A DNA stretch of 64,000 nt, from positions 56,808 through 120,807 of the forward strand of contig NIVC01003083.1 in NCBI GenBank assembly GCA_002269645.1, read 5' to 3'. The notes beneath the pieces were generated by a model, which saw only the letters and a program-made list of their open reading frames with translations, searched no databases and was not told the origin of the DNA. Positions 1-10,854 of this stretch are shown here, in pieces (the stretch's first letter is position 1; the number at the start of each line of letters is the position of its first letter). The translations under genes were made by a program, and so were the position numbers. This DNA comes from Macrostomum lignano (taxonomy: Eukaryota).

Positions 1-28
1 GTTTTTTTTCGCAAAAGGTCAAGCATAT

Positions 29-991
29 AGCTAGACAGAGGTTGGGGGGGGGGGTTCCAGTGCGGCTGCACTGGTGCTGCTGGTCGCGTACAGTCTGGCC
101 GCCACACAGCTTCCCCCAGCACCGAGCTAGGCCCCGAACGTCGGGTGGTAGTGGTAGCAGAGGCAGCGAGAGTGCCGAGGAGCGGGCGCCGAAATCAGCC
201 GGGCGCCGAAGGCGGTAGGGGCGCAAGGCGGGCGCCGAAGGCGGCAGGGGCGCGAGGCGGGCGCTGAAGGCAGCAGGGCCCCAGGCGGGCGCCGAAGGCA
301 GCAGCGTGCCAGGCGGGCGCCGAAGGCAGCAGGGCGCCAGGCGGACGCTGAAGGCAGCAGGGCGCGCGGCCGGACCACACCAGAGGCAACCGACAGTCAG
401 TTGCCGCCGTGAGCTGGGTCGATGCTTCTGCACAGAGGCTGGGGACGTTAGGCTAGCAGCAGCAGTGCTAACCTAGAATGAGCTGCAGCGTGTGGCGCTG
501 GTTAGTCCAACGCGGGGGCCGAAAGGCGAGACCCCAGGAGCTACCGGGGGGCGGGCTGACTGGGCCGATTCGTGCTGCGGGGTACTGCTGTGGCTGCTGG
601 TCTGCGGTGCTGCCGTTGCAGTCGGCCAAGGCGGTTGGCTGCCGGGACCGCACAGGGCCGACGGGTAGGCCCAGCGTTCGGCGCTGGGAGTCGGGCTCAC
701 GAATGAGGCGTAAGGCCTTAATTAGTTCAATAGATGGAATGGAATGGCAGCGAAGATTTTGTGCTGCTTTGCGCGTATATTTATATTTACACAAACTGCG
801 CGAGATTCATGAGGGGCCAAGGGAGGTGCGAACAAGTGGCGTGGCTCGATAGGATACGCCAACCCCCCCCCCTGGCTTAGCGAGCCGGCTAGCGCGGTGC
901 GCAACCACCCCACCTCAGCTAGACAGAGGTTGGGGGGGTGTCCAGTGCGGCTGCACTGGTGCTGCTGGTTGCGTACAGTCTGGCCGCCACA
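29..991. repeat. ~77-bp direct repeat pair (29-106 and 917-991) enclosing a GC-rich tandem tract (~183-372); probable mobile-element remnant of unknown class
   Basis: AGCTAGACAGAGGTTG(G)n..CCAGTGCGGCTGCACTGGTGCTGCTGG.GCGTACAGTCTGGCCGCCACA occurs twice. It contains the hairpin CCAGTGC-GGCT-GCACTGG. Repeated GGGCGCCGAAGGCAGCA-like units lie between the copies. Confidence 0.6.
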
Positions 992-1499
992 ACATTGTAT
1001 TTTCCCTGCGCTATGATAGATCTTAAAGACTCTTTGGTTATGTAATCATCTAATCATGTATTAGATTCAGTTATGTGAATGCGTCTCATGCATTTCCATG
1101 CCAATCTCTTTATTATTGTCAGCCCCCAAAAGAGAGTTTATTATAGTCTGCCAAAAGCTTGAGCGCCAGGCCCGACCGGTGTGTTTACTTCAGATAACTT
1201 GGACTCGTCTGAATATTGTAAACACATGCGCTTGCTAAAGATGATGTACTCTACTAGAGTAGGCTACAGCAGAATTCTGATTCAGTCTGATTGTAACTAT
1301 ACATGCGTCGCCCACGAATTGATTACACTCGCTCATTTAAGGGGTTGGCGTTTTTTGGTTCCACTAACACGGAATGGGCCGAGTACTCAAGATGCGATGC
1401 AGCATCATATAGTGTAGTTCTGCGTTAGTACCCGGCATAAATTACCCGCACTCAATGAACTCAATGTTTACGACAGCACAGTCTATCCAAAAAGTACGC

Positions 1500-1976
1500 C
1501 AAAGTGGTATTCCAGCTTGGACCGTGCTCAAGGATTCTAGCAGATCCCGCTGCGCGACTGCGACCAGCACTTGACGGCGTTCTCAGTGATTGACCGCGGC
1601 CAACTCTGTTTTAAAGTTCTACCGATGGGTCTCCACGACAGTCCCGGCAGCTTTCAGCATTGCATCAATAAGCTCCTGGACGGCCTGACGCCAAAGACTG
1701 CGCTTGGCTATATGGACGACATCGTGGTGCACTCAGTGACCTTCGAGGAGCAGCTGGATAACCTGCGGACTGTACTACTACAGCGTATCATCGCAGCCAA
1801 CCTCAAGGTCAAGCCGAAGAAATGTCATTTGTTCCTCAATGAGCTGCATTATTTAGGTTACGTCGTGACTCCCGACGGCCTGAAGAACTGTGAGGACAAG
1901 ATTGCGCAGATCCGTGATTGGCCCGTGCACTTGATGCACGGGCCAAGTCCGTTACGCAACTGAGAAAATTCTTGGC
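1500..1976 (+). pseudogene. Gypsy reverse transcriptase fragment
   Basis: ORF 1571-1963 has LPMGLHDSPGSFQ, GYMDDIVV, LKVKPKKC and YLGYVV. An in-frame TAG lies upstream at ~1558. A shifted frame gives KSVTQLRKFLG up to ~1976, where the sequence jumps to integrase. Confidence 0.92.
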
Positions 1977-2139
1977 GAGACGAAGACGTTACTGCGGCTA
2001 CGAGAACGGTTTTGGAGAGCCGGATTAGCCCGTGCTACCAAAACCTTCATCAGGAAGTGTTGCACTTGTCTTGAAAGTAAATCGCGAAGGCGAGAGAGAG
2101 AGTTCCGGTCCAGAGCTTCCCAGCCTGCGAAGTTCTAGG

Positions 2140-3222
2140 CACAGATAGTTAAACACTATAAAAAATATTTCACTCTGCATTGAGTTAAGCCATTTTTGTG
2201 TTATAGTCTATGGCTCAAAAAGTGTCTACTCTTTGGGTGAGCGTCAGCGTTCGCATGGCAAGAAAAATTGCTAGTTGCTCCAAAAAAGAATTTTGACGCA
2301 AGGCTCTGCCTACGGGTACACGAATTCAATTTTTACGAGATCAAACGAAGCGACACCCATTTGGCTACATCAAAGAGTATTGAGGTCGCCTAATATAGAG
2401 TGCCAATAAGGATGAAAATTTGAAGCCGATTTTTAGAATCCACCCACCCCCTCCGGTCACCAAGCTGTTTAGTCTATGGCACAAGTTGTGGCTAGAATGG
2501 TGTACAAAGCCGATGCTCAAAAATATACATAGAGTGCATGAGAAAAATACAAGTAGCTAATGTAGCTGGACGAATACCATGTATGCTTAAAACGTCCTCA
2601 AGACTTTATTTCTGTATCTATACTGTAACCGTACGTACATTGATTGCATTGTGTAAGGAGAAAAGAAGTTGAGCAGGATTCTTGCAGCAGAGTCGGAAAG
2701 ACAAAAACATAAGTGATAAACAGGCAGAGTGAAGGTCCTTGAAAGGCAGACGAAAGAAGGATACAGATGCATCAGAAACGCAGTTATTGCAATTAGCTAC
2801 CGCGCACTTTAGTGGCATGGCTGTTGTTGTTCAGACGTAAGGGCTATATGGCATGGCTGTTACAGAGTTGTGTATCGACGACGGCAACTGAGTCTGGTGA
2901 CTGAGCGATGTTGTCTTGCTTATTTGATACATGCATTTTCTAAGTGTGAAATGTCTTATATTTCTGAGCATCGGCTTTGTACACCATTCTAGCCACAACT
3001 TGTGCCATAGACTAAAAAGCTTGGTGACCGGAGGGGGTGGGTGGATTCTAAAAATCGGCTTCAGATTTTCATCCTTATTGGCACTCTATACTAGGCGACC
3101 TCAATACTCTTTGGGCTACATACTTTTCCCAGCGACTAAGTAGTTCACGCTACTAACCAAAGAGTAGTTGCAAAAATCTAAACAAGAGTGAACTACTCGT
3201 ATCTAGGGTTATAGTATCTGTG
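2140..3222 (-). mobile_element. Non-autonomous P-element-like (THAP) DNA transposon, 1083 bp
   Basis: 8-bp TSD GTTCTAGG at 2132-2139 and 3223-3230; termini CACAGATA..TATCTGTG; internal ~155-bp inverted repeats at 2371-2527 and 2957-3113; internal THAP-like reading on the minus strand. Confidence 0.8.
2618..2818 (-). pseudogene. THAP zinc-finger N-terminus remnant
   Basis: MPLKCAVANCNN...SFFRLP matches the MPxxCxxxxC...FFxxP start of THAP domains, then degenerates. Confidence 0.7.
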
Positions 3223-4873
3223 GTTCTAGGTAGAATCGACTGTGATTTAGTAGGACCAATCGCACTGAAGAGCAAGAGCGGCAACCGCTACATCCTGACC
3301 TTGTGCGACACGACGTCGAAGTATCCATTCGCCTACCCGATGAGAAACCAGAAAGCCAGAAAGCCAGGTGTATCCTGCTGGTACACACCGATCAAGGCAC
3401 AAACTTCACCGGATCAGCCTTCAAGAAGTTCTGCGACCTGTTTGGCATTCGGCATACGACCAAGACACCGTACAGCCCAGCTTCCAATGGACAAGTCGAG
3501 AACTTCAACAAGCAGCTGAAGAGCGTCCTCACCTGTCTACTCGAGCGCAACCACAACGACTGGGACACCTTTCTCCCGGCCTGTATGATGGCTCTCCGCT
3601 CGTGTCCACCCGGTGACAGATTTCACGCCGCACTACCTGGTGTTTGGCCGCGACTTCCGTCTCCCGATCCACAACGCGTTGAAGAAGCTGCCCGAGTATG
3701 CTGACCTGCCCGACTACGTCAAGGACTTCCAGCGTCGCCTGGACGAGGCGACTGAGCTGGCCAAGGAGCGCCTGCATCTGCATCAGCAACTGCGAGACGA
3801 GCACTACTCAAACCTACCCGCCGCCAAGAAGCTTCAACCCGGTGATCTGGTCTTCATCAACAACCCGGTGCTCGAACCGGACGAGGCAGCGAAGTTTCTT
3901 CGACCTCGCAAAGCACTTTACGAAGTCGTCGAGCCCAAAGGCGAGGTCGTCTACAAGATCCGACGGAGACTGCCCAACCCAAGAGCAAGACGAGACAAGC
4001 TAGTCGTCCATCGCCGGAACCTTCTGCTCGTGCCTGACGCCGACTACAAGAGAACTTCGGACCCCGAAGTCGATAAGCTAAAAAAGCGCCGGCGACCGCC
4101 CGACGTTCCCGACGGTCCAGGACCCGCGACCCTGGCCCCGATCCCCGAGGACGACCAGGACGATCCCGACGATGACGATGGTGACGGCTATGACGCAAGG
4201 CCGGCCTTCCGATAGCACTTCCGGCCTATAGCGATCCCGGAGGTGCAGCCAGGAGGTGGACCGGTCACGACACCAGCGAACCAGGCAAGTGCACTTCGGC
4301 GTGAGCCAGTGCCGTATGGTGAATGTCATTTGCACGAGCCTGTTCCTGATGCGTCTATGCCTGCTGTTTCTTTTTCGCCCGTCCCTGCGCCCGTTCCCCA
4401 TGATTGCTCAGTCCACGGTCCAGACCCCTGGGCTGTCGCTACGCACCACTCCGGTGGAAGCGCATGAATGACCGGTAGATAGTGGTAGGCCTGCTAGAAA
4501 TCGTAGACAGCCTGAACGGTTAATCATTAATCCTAGGGCCAAACCTATGATAGCCGCATTGCCCGCGCCAGCGCCCCGCAATGCGTACGCGTTTTATCTT
4601 CCCATGAGCTGTTGCTCTGATGCAGTTCTGCATCCCCCTTTTCCCCCAGTGACGGGCTCTGCCGGCTGTCTATGGCATCCCGTATATTTAGGCGCTGTTT
4701 TCCGTCGGGCGGGCGCCCCCGAAGACATTTAGGGCGTTAATCATGGCTCTCGCCCAGCCACCTGTTGTACTTGGCCTGTTTGTGGGTTGGCCACCCGCCA
4801 ATACCATCTCTTTTGCTGTTTTAAATAAAGTGTGCGCCGCTTTCACTCCGCCTCTTTATTTGAACGGGGAGAG

Positions 4874-5809
4874 TGTAGTGGGCCGCCAGTTTGGTGTCAG
4901 GCGTCGCACTATTGTCAGCAGTTTCCCTCGCCCTCGCCCTGGGTTGCTGTCTGCCACTGGGCAGGCTCCCTCCCCATTTTCTGCCTGTTCTCTGTCGCCC
5001 CTCTCCCCTCTTCTCTGCGCTCTTGCTTGCAGCCACGAGCTTCTCTGCTGTGGCCTGCTCTGCGTTTCGTTCCTGTCCTGAGGTCACGCTGGTGGCCTGT
5101 TTCCCTTGTCAGGTGAGCAAGTCACCTGACAAGTCTTGTTTTCTCGAAGTCCGTATTAACTTCCTCAGTCCGTGTTTACTGAGGAATCACGTGCCCGAGG
5201 CCCTTGCGATCTCTAAGGAAAGGAGTGACTCATGTTTCTAAAAATAGACACTGAGTCACAGCCTGGTGCACTCTGCCCGAGGAACCCAAGTGACGTCAGT
5301 TCTAAAAATAGAACAAAGTCACGAGGTCTTGTGTGGATTGGGGCAGTGGAGAACCCCAGGCTATAAATACGGACCCCCTCACCCTTGGTTCAGTCAAGGA
5401 AGTTCTTAAGTTTCAGTGTTTTCCAGTCTAGTTCTTAGTTTCTCAGTTTCAAAATTTGTCTGACAGTTCTATTGTCCAATCAACTCTCCCTTTATTGGCC
5501 TGACTAAACTTAGACGCCCAAGCCTAAGGGAGGCTAACACTGCCTTCCCAGCCACCCCCCTGAGCCCGGCGGGATCTGCTGACCAGGATGCCTTGTTCGT
5601 TAATCTGCAAATCTGCAAATCTGTGCGCTGTGCTGAGTTCGTTGACTTGTTTATTTCGTTCAGACGGAAAGCTCACCTCACCGAAGGCCGAGACCTGAAG
5701 GAACTGGTGGCAGCACTACCTACTCTACTAAGAGCTACGAGGCTTCTGGTTGGGAGGACGGAGAGCCCAAACCACTGTGCTAGATAGCCAGAGAAGCACA
5801 GGTACTACA
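4874..5809 (+). repeat. LTR, 936 bp
   Basis: Begins TGTAGT directly after the purine tract GGGGAGAG (4866-4873) and ends ACTACA (6-bp terminal inverted repeat). TATAAA at 5362. Confidence 0.88.
5226..5367 (+). promoter_or_regulatory. LTR enhancer/promoter: AP-1, MEF2, AP-1, CRE, MEF2, TATA
   Basis: TGACTCA 5226-5232; CTAAAAATAG 5238-5247; TGAGTCA 5252-5258; TGACGTCA 5291-5298; CTAAAAATAG 5302-5311; TATAAA 5362-5367. Motif matches only. Confidence 0.55.
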
Positions 5810-5810
5810 T

Positions 5811-5828
5811 TGGTGGCAGCGGTGGGAT
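5811..5828 (+). other. Primer-binding site complementary to the tRNA-Leu 3' end
   Basis: TGGTGGCAGCGGTGGGAT, 1 nt after the LTR end; complementary to ..AUCCCACCGCUGCCACCA of eukaryotic tRNA-Leu. Confidence 0.85.
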
Positions 5829-6230
5829 TCAAAGACCTACCAGGCCACCTCGAGACAACCCTCAATATTTCACTTTACATCAAGTTTAAAAGCAACATAA
5901 ATCTGAGAGTAAAATTTTAATTGAGACGTAATTTGATTTCTTTGAGTTGCAACTCGCATGCGGTTTTGAGTCAATTTTTCAGACAGGCGGCCCCGCGGTA
6001 CCCAACTAGACAGCCGAGAAGCTAGTATATAATTAGTATTGATTAGTAATGATAAGCATTAAAACTTAGATTAGATAAGTTATCAACAGTGACCTTGTGG
6101 TCCAGGGAGAGTGTAGCGAGTTGTTGCTCGATCAGAATGAAACTGTCCCCTGCAATAAGTTGACAAATATAAGATTTCATTAAATCTAATGTAGATACGA
6201 GCGTAGCTCCGTTGAATTAGATTTGAGCAC

Positions 6231-8482
6231 GCAAGGTTTTCCCTCAGAGAGGTTTTCCCTCAGCGAGGTTTTCCTGCAGCGAGGTTTTCCCTCAGCAAGG
6301 TTTTCCCTCGGCAAGGTTTTAAGGCAGCAAGGTTTTCCCACAGTGAGGTTTTCCCACAGTGAGGTTTTCCCACAGTGAGGTTTACCCTCAGCAAGGTTTT
6401 CCCTCAGTCAGGTTTTCCCTCAGTCAGGTTTTCCCTCAGTCAGGTTTTCCCTCAGTGAGGTTTTCCCACAGTGAGGTTTTCCCACAGTGAGGTTTTCCCA
6501 CAGTGAGGTTTTCCCTCAGTGAGGTTTTCCCACAGTGAGGTTTTCCCTCAGTCAGGTTTTCCCTCAGTCAGGTTTTCCCTCAGTCAGGTTTTCCCTCAGT
6601 CAGGTTTTCCCTCAGTGAGGTTTTCCCTCAGTGAGGTTTTCCACAGTGAGGTTTTCCCTCAGTGAGGTTTTCCCACAGTGAGGTTTTCCCACAGTGAGGT
6701 TTACCCTCAGTGAGGTTTTCCCACAGTGAGGTTTTCCCACAGTGAGGTTTTCCCACAGTGAGGTTTTCCCACAGTGAGGTTTTTCCACAGTGAGGTTTTC
6801 CCTCAGTCAGGTTTTCCCTCAGTCAGGTTTTCCCTCAGTGAGGTTTTCCCACAGTGAGGTTTTCCCTCAGTGAGGTTTTCCCACAGTGAGGTTTTCCCTC
6901 AGTCAGGTTTTCCCTCAGTCAGGTTTTCCCTCAGTCAGGTTTTCCCTCAGTCAGGTTTTCCCTCAGTGAGGTTTTTTCCACAGTGAGGTTTTCCCTCAGT
7001 GAGGTTTTCCCACAGTGAGGTTTTCCCTCAGTGAGGTTTTCCCTCAGTGAGGTTTTCCACAGTGAGGTTTTCCCTCAGTGAGGTTTTCCCACAGTGAGGT
7101 TTTCCCTCAGTGAGGTTTTCCCACAGTGAGGTTTTCCCTCAGTGAGGTTTTCCCTCAGTGAGGTTTTCCCACAGTGAGGTTTTCCCTCAGTGAGGTTTTC
7201 CCTCAGTCAGGTTTTCCCTCAGTGAGGTTTTCCCTCAGTGAGGTTTTCCCTCAGTCAGGTTTTCCCTCAGTGAGGTTTTTTCCACAGTGAGGTTTTCCCT
7301 CAGTGAGGTTTTCCCACAGTGAGGTTTTCCCTCAGTGAGGTTTTCCCTCAGTGAGGTTTTCCACAGTGAGGTTTTCCCTCAGTGAGGTTTTCCCACAGTG
7401 AGGTTTTCCCTCAGTGAGGTTTTCCCACAGTGAGGTTTTCCCTCAGTGAGGTTTTCCCTCAGTGAGGTTTTCCCACAGTGAGGTTTTCCCTCAGTCAGGT
7501 TTTCCCTCAGTCAGGTTTTCCCTCAGTGAGGTTTTCCCTCAGTCAGGTTTTCCCTCAGTCAGGTTTTCCCTCAGTGAGGTTTTTTCCACAGTGAGGTTTT
7601 CCCTCAGTGAGGTTTTCCCACAGTGAGGTTTTCCCTCAGTGAGGTTTTCCCTCAGTGAGGTTTTCCACAGTGAGGTTTTCCCTCAGTGAGGTTTTCCCAC
7701 AGTGAGGTTTTCCCTCAGTGAGGTTTTCCCACAGTGAGGTTTTCCCACAGTGAGGTTTTCCCTCAATGAGGTTTTCCCACAGTGAGGTTTTCCCTCAGTT
7801 AGGTTTTCCCTCAGCAAGGTTTTCCCACTGTGAGGTTTTCCCTCAGTGAGGTTTTCCCACAGTCAGGTTTTCCCTCAGTGAGGTTTACCCTCAGTGAGGT
7901 TTTCCATCAGTGAGGTTTTCCCACAGTGAGGTTTTCCCTCAGTGAGGTTTTCCCACATTGAGGTTTTCCCACAGTGAGGTTTTCCCACAGTGAGGTTTTC
8001 CCTCAGTGAGGTTTTCCCACAGTGAGGTTTTCCCACAGTGAGGTTTTCCCTCAGTGAGGTTTTCCCACAGTGAGGTTTTCCCTCAGTGACGTTTTCCCTC
8101 AGTGAGGTTTTCCCACAGTGAGGTTTTCCCACAGTGAGGTTTTCCCACAGTGAGGTTTTCCCTCAGTGAGGTTTTCCCACAGTGAGGTTTTCCCACAGTG
8201 AGGTTTTCCCACAGTGAGGTTTTCCCACAGTGAGGTTTTCCCACAGTGAGGTTTTCCCTCAGTGAGGTTTTCCCACAGTGAGGTTTTCCCACAGTGAGGT
8301 TTTCCCACAGTGAGGTTTTCCCTTAGGGAGGTTTTCCCTCAGCGAGGTTTTAAGGCAGCGAGGTTTTCCCACAGTGAGGTTTTCCCTCAGTGAGGTTTTC
8401 CCTCAGTGAGGTTTTCCCACAGTGAGGTTTTCCCTCAGTGAGGTTTTCCTGCAGCGATTTTTTCCTGCAACGAGGTTTTTCC
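6231..8482. repeat. 16-bp satellite array (~140 units), consensus GAGGTTTTCCC(T/A)CAGT
   Basis: Direct reading. Homogeneous core with diverged units at both edges. 304-bp higher-order period at ~6971-7880. Confidence 0.98.
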
Positions 8483-9200
8483 GCCTCATGTTGGAGGATC
8501 ATAAAAAGAGAATACTATGTACATATGCATGCCTTACATGCTAGTCAAGGCAATGTGCAATGTGCAGTGTAAAGTGTAGTAAGTGGGTGAGTAAAATGTT
8601 TTCCTACCTACTCATAGTAGGACCTAGGCGTTCTAATCCCTGTTTTGCAAACTGTTAAATATATTGGAAGCAAAGCAAAGACTGGCGAGAGAGCATCTGT
8701 GCGGGAAAGCTTCCTGTGGGAAAATCTCCTGCAGGAAAAGTTCGCCGCAAGAAAAACTTTCTGTTTGCGTGCCCGTGAAAATACTGAAGAGTGCAGTGAG
8801 GGTGTGCTAGTAAAGAAGCTTTGAGTGTTTGATTTGCTCTGTTTTATAACTGACATCCTAATAAGACATTTTAGGGAGTTTTCGCAATCTAAAAATCTGA
8901 TGTTTTTTATGCAAAGCAATTCTCTTCACCACACAGGCTGGGCGTAGCTCGTACAGCAAAGTCCCATGAGGTGTTCAATTGTCTCTACAGAGAACTGGCT
9001 GGTGTGCTGAGCTCACGCGTTAACTTGTAGCTCAGTGAGTTCCGTTTGGCTTGCATCTGCATGTGTGCGTGTTCAGCAACTTAACTTACGAGTACACTTG
9101 CTACTGGATTTAGTATTTTACCTTATCCTTATGTTATTTAATTATATTAACTAGTTGTAACTAGTGCTTCTCTCAAAGTCCTGAAATTTTCATGGGTAGT

Positions 9201-9522
9201 AGGGGTGCAGCCCAGTGGTCAGAGCGTCAGAATCACGACTGAAAGGTCGGGGCTTCGATTCCTGACCCACTCGGAACAATTTGTGTCCTTGAGCAAGGCA
9301 CTTAACTCTGCATTGCTTCAGTTCACCCAGCTGTAAAATGGGTGCCAGCATTGGCTGGGGTAATTGAGGCTGTGTGTGGCGACCCCCCCCCCAGTGCTTG
9401 GACTGAACAGCCGTACGCAGCCTTCAGATGCGCCGCGCAATAGCTGCGGCTGAGCTGTCGGTTGCATATCTCGACAATTGGGGCAGGTGTAGTCAATTAT
9501 TGTTATATTGTTATTATTATCA
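9201..9522 (+). mobile_element. tRNA-derived SINE with a CORE-like central domain, near full length
   Basis: A-box-like TGGTCAGAGCG and B-box-like TTCGATTCC. The segment TTGTGTCCTTGAGCAAGGCACTTAAC..CAGCTGTAAAATGGG resembles the MIR/CORE domain. (ATT)n-like tail. Second copy at 31475. Confidence 0.85.
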
Positions 9523-9991
9523 TAAGAAAGAAAAATTTGACTCCGATATTTAGAGGCATTGCTTTTTAATCTACGAAGATGTAAAAGAAATAATTCGATA
9601 TTTAAATTTATTTGAATACGTCAGAAAAAGTACAGGAAAAATTGCTACAAAACTATGAATTTATGGAGAAATAGAAATATACGCTGAAAAAAGGTCCAGA
9701 TTTGTTTGTCTGACATTTATACCGGTAGGTCAAAGCAGTAAAACAGAAGTCGTACTCGTAAGTAATTTAATCCGACTTGGTCCATGTGTACATGTAGGTA
9801 TAGCTACTCATGAAGTTTCGGTTTGAAATCGGTGACAATAGAGAGAAAAAATGTGTCGTCTAGTTTACCAATTAACAATCGAAAAGGGAACAGTTTTTTT
9901 TGGATTAAAACGTTTTAAAAAGTTTCAAAAAGTTTTTTTCACATGCGAAATAACAAATTCCAGAGATTCTCGTGTGAAAATCGCCTATAGC

Positions 9992-10695
9992 TCACTCAAA
10001 TGGTGATAGGCACTCGCATAGACTTTTGAAACTGTCGGCCTGTTTTAAATCGGCAAGGCGGCTCCTCGATTGGTAAAAGCCAAGAGTAGCTTCAGCATTC
10101 GCATCATTATTCGGCTCTTCACTGTTCCACAGAGTTCCATCCAGGGTGATGTTGCAGCCGACCCAGTACCAGCCACCGCCCGGCTCAGTGCTGTTGGGAG
10201 TTTGGAAGCCTCCGAGAAAAATGGAATGACCAAACAAACCGTTTTTGTTCCTTATAAGCTCGATTTTATTTATCTCAGTGGCGTCCATCACGTCGGCCAT
10301 AATCACCAGCCCGAGCTCCGCCTCGCACTTCTGTCTGCTCAGCCACCAGCTTCCAGCCTCAGCCAGCAGCCTGTACTTCACTCCGCACAGGTCGTCTCCG
10401 TAGCCAGCCGGACACAGCGCGCCCGGCCGCAGTCCCGGCTGCTGCTTCACAAACACGCGGCCTCTCCTGGAGCAGCCGCAGTCCTTCACCGACTTGCTGC
10501 ACCTGTCGAACACGAACAGCTGGCACGGAGAGTCGGCTGTGCTGAATGCCTGGCATCGCTGGTTGGCGCTGCACAGGGCGGCGCACTCGATCTTGCTGGC
10601 AGCTCGCGGGTGAGACTGCACGAACTCGGGCTTGATGCACAGGCTGCCCTCGATGCTTTGGTAGTTGGACAGTTTGGTAGTTAATTGGTAAACAT
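9992..10695 (-). CDS. PAN/apple-like + C-type lectin domain protein; start unresolved
   Basis: ORF 9992-10621 has CAALCSANQRCQAF (PAN-like) and a CTL domain (C..SWWLSRQKCE..L..IFLGG..W.W....WNSEEPNN...CE). The frame stays open upstream to ~10700. ATG 10695 joins only with a 1-nt correction near 10685; an upstream exon is the alternative. Confidence 0.82.
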
Positions 10696-10854
10696 TGTTA
10701 CATATTCACGTACTTCTTCTTGTGTACTACTTGTAACACGTTCAATAACACGTGCAATTCAATATTTAACGTCCGTGTACGCCGTGCATATGTAACAGCT
10801 GCCAATCTCTACATAAGCTGCCAATCTGCTTCTGCTTCTGTCTGCTTCTGTCTG

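Larger units (their letters stand above)
1971..4215 (+). pseudogene. Gypsy integrase, split by an insertion at 2140-3222 and frameshifted
   Basis: 1971-2139 reads LGETKTLLRLRERFW..CCTC (zinc-finger region; frameshift in (GA)n ~2092-2102) then PVQSFPACEVL. From 3223 it reads (VL)GRIDCDLVGP..YILTLCD, HTDQGTNF, TPYSPASNGQVENFN, FTPHYLVFGR to the stop at 4215. Confidence 0.92.
1500..5809 (+). mobile_element. Decayed, 5'-truncated Ty3/Gypsy LTR retrotransposon (RT, integrase, 3' LTR)
   Basis: RT motifs (SSLDxAQGF*QIPL, MGL..SPGSFQ, YMDD), integrase H2C2 and core, PPT and a TG..CA LTR in RT-INT order. Stops, frameshifts, an RNase H deletion and a nested DNA element are present. Confidence 0.93.

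Noticed and set aside
127-913. Several overlapping Arg/Pro/Ala-rich ORFs
   Set aside because: Products of GC-rich repeats; no domain motifs.
5985-6030. Possible Helitron 3' end (CCCCGCGG..AAGCTAGT)
   Set aside because: No clear hairpin and no matching 5' end found.
7875-8308. ORFs with repeating GKPHCGKTS (P-loop-like GKT)
   Set aside because: Translation of three 16-bp satellite units gives a 16-aa period; there is no gene context.
6231-8482. CRISPR-like array (also considered for 57600-58822 and 34046-34275)
   Set aside because: Units are contiguous with no unique spacers, there are no cas genes, and the DNA is eukaryotic.
9201-9275. tRNA gene (also 31475-31550)
   Set aside because: A and B boxes are present but I could not form an acceptor stem, and the sequence continues into a shared SINE body.
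10070-10684. 204-aa plus-strand ORF
   Set aside because: Antisense shadow of the GC-rich lectin coding region.
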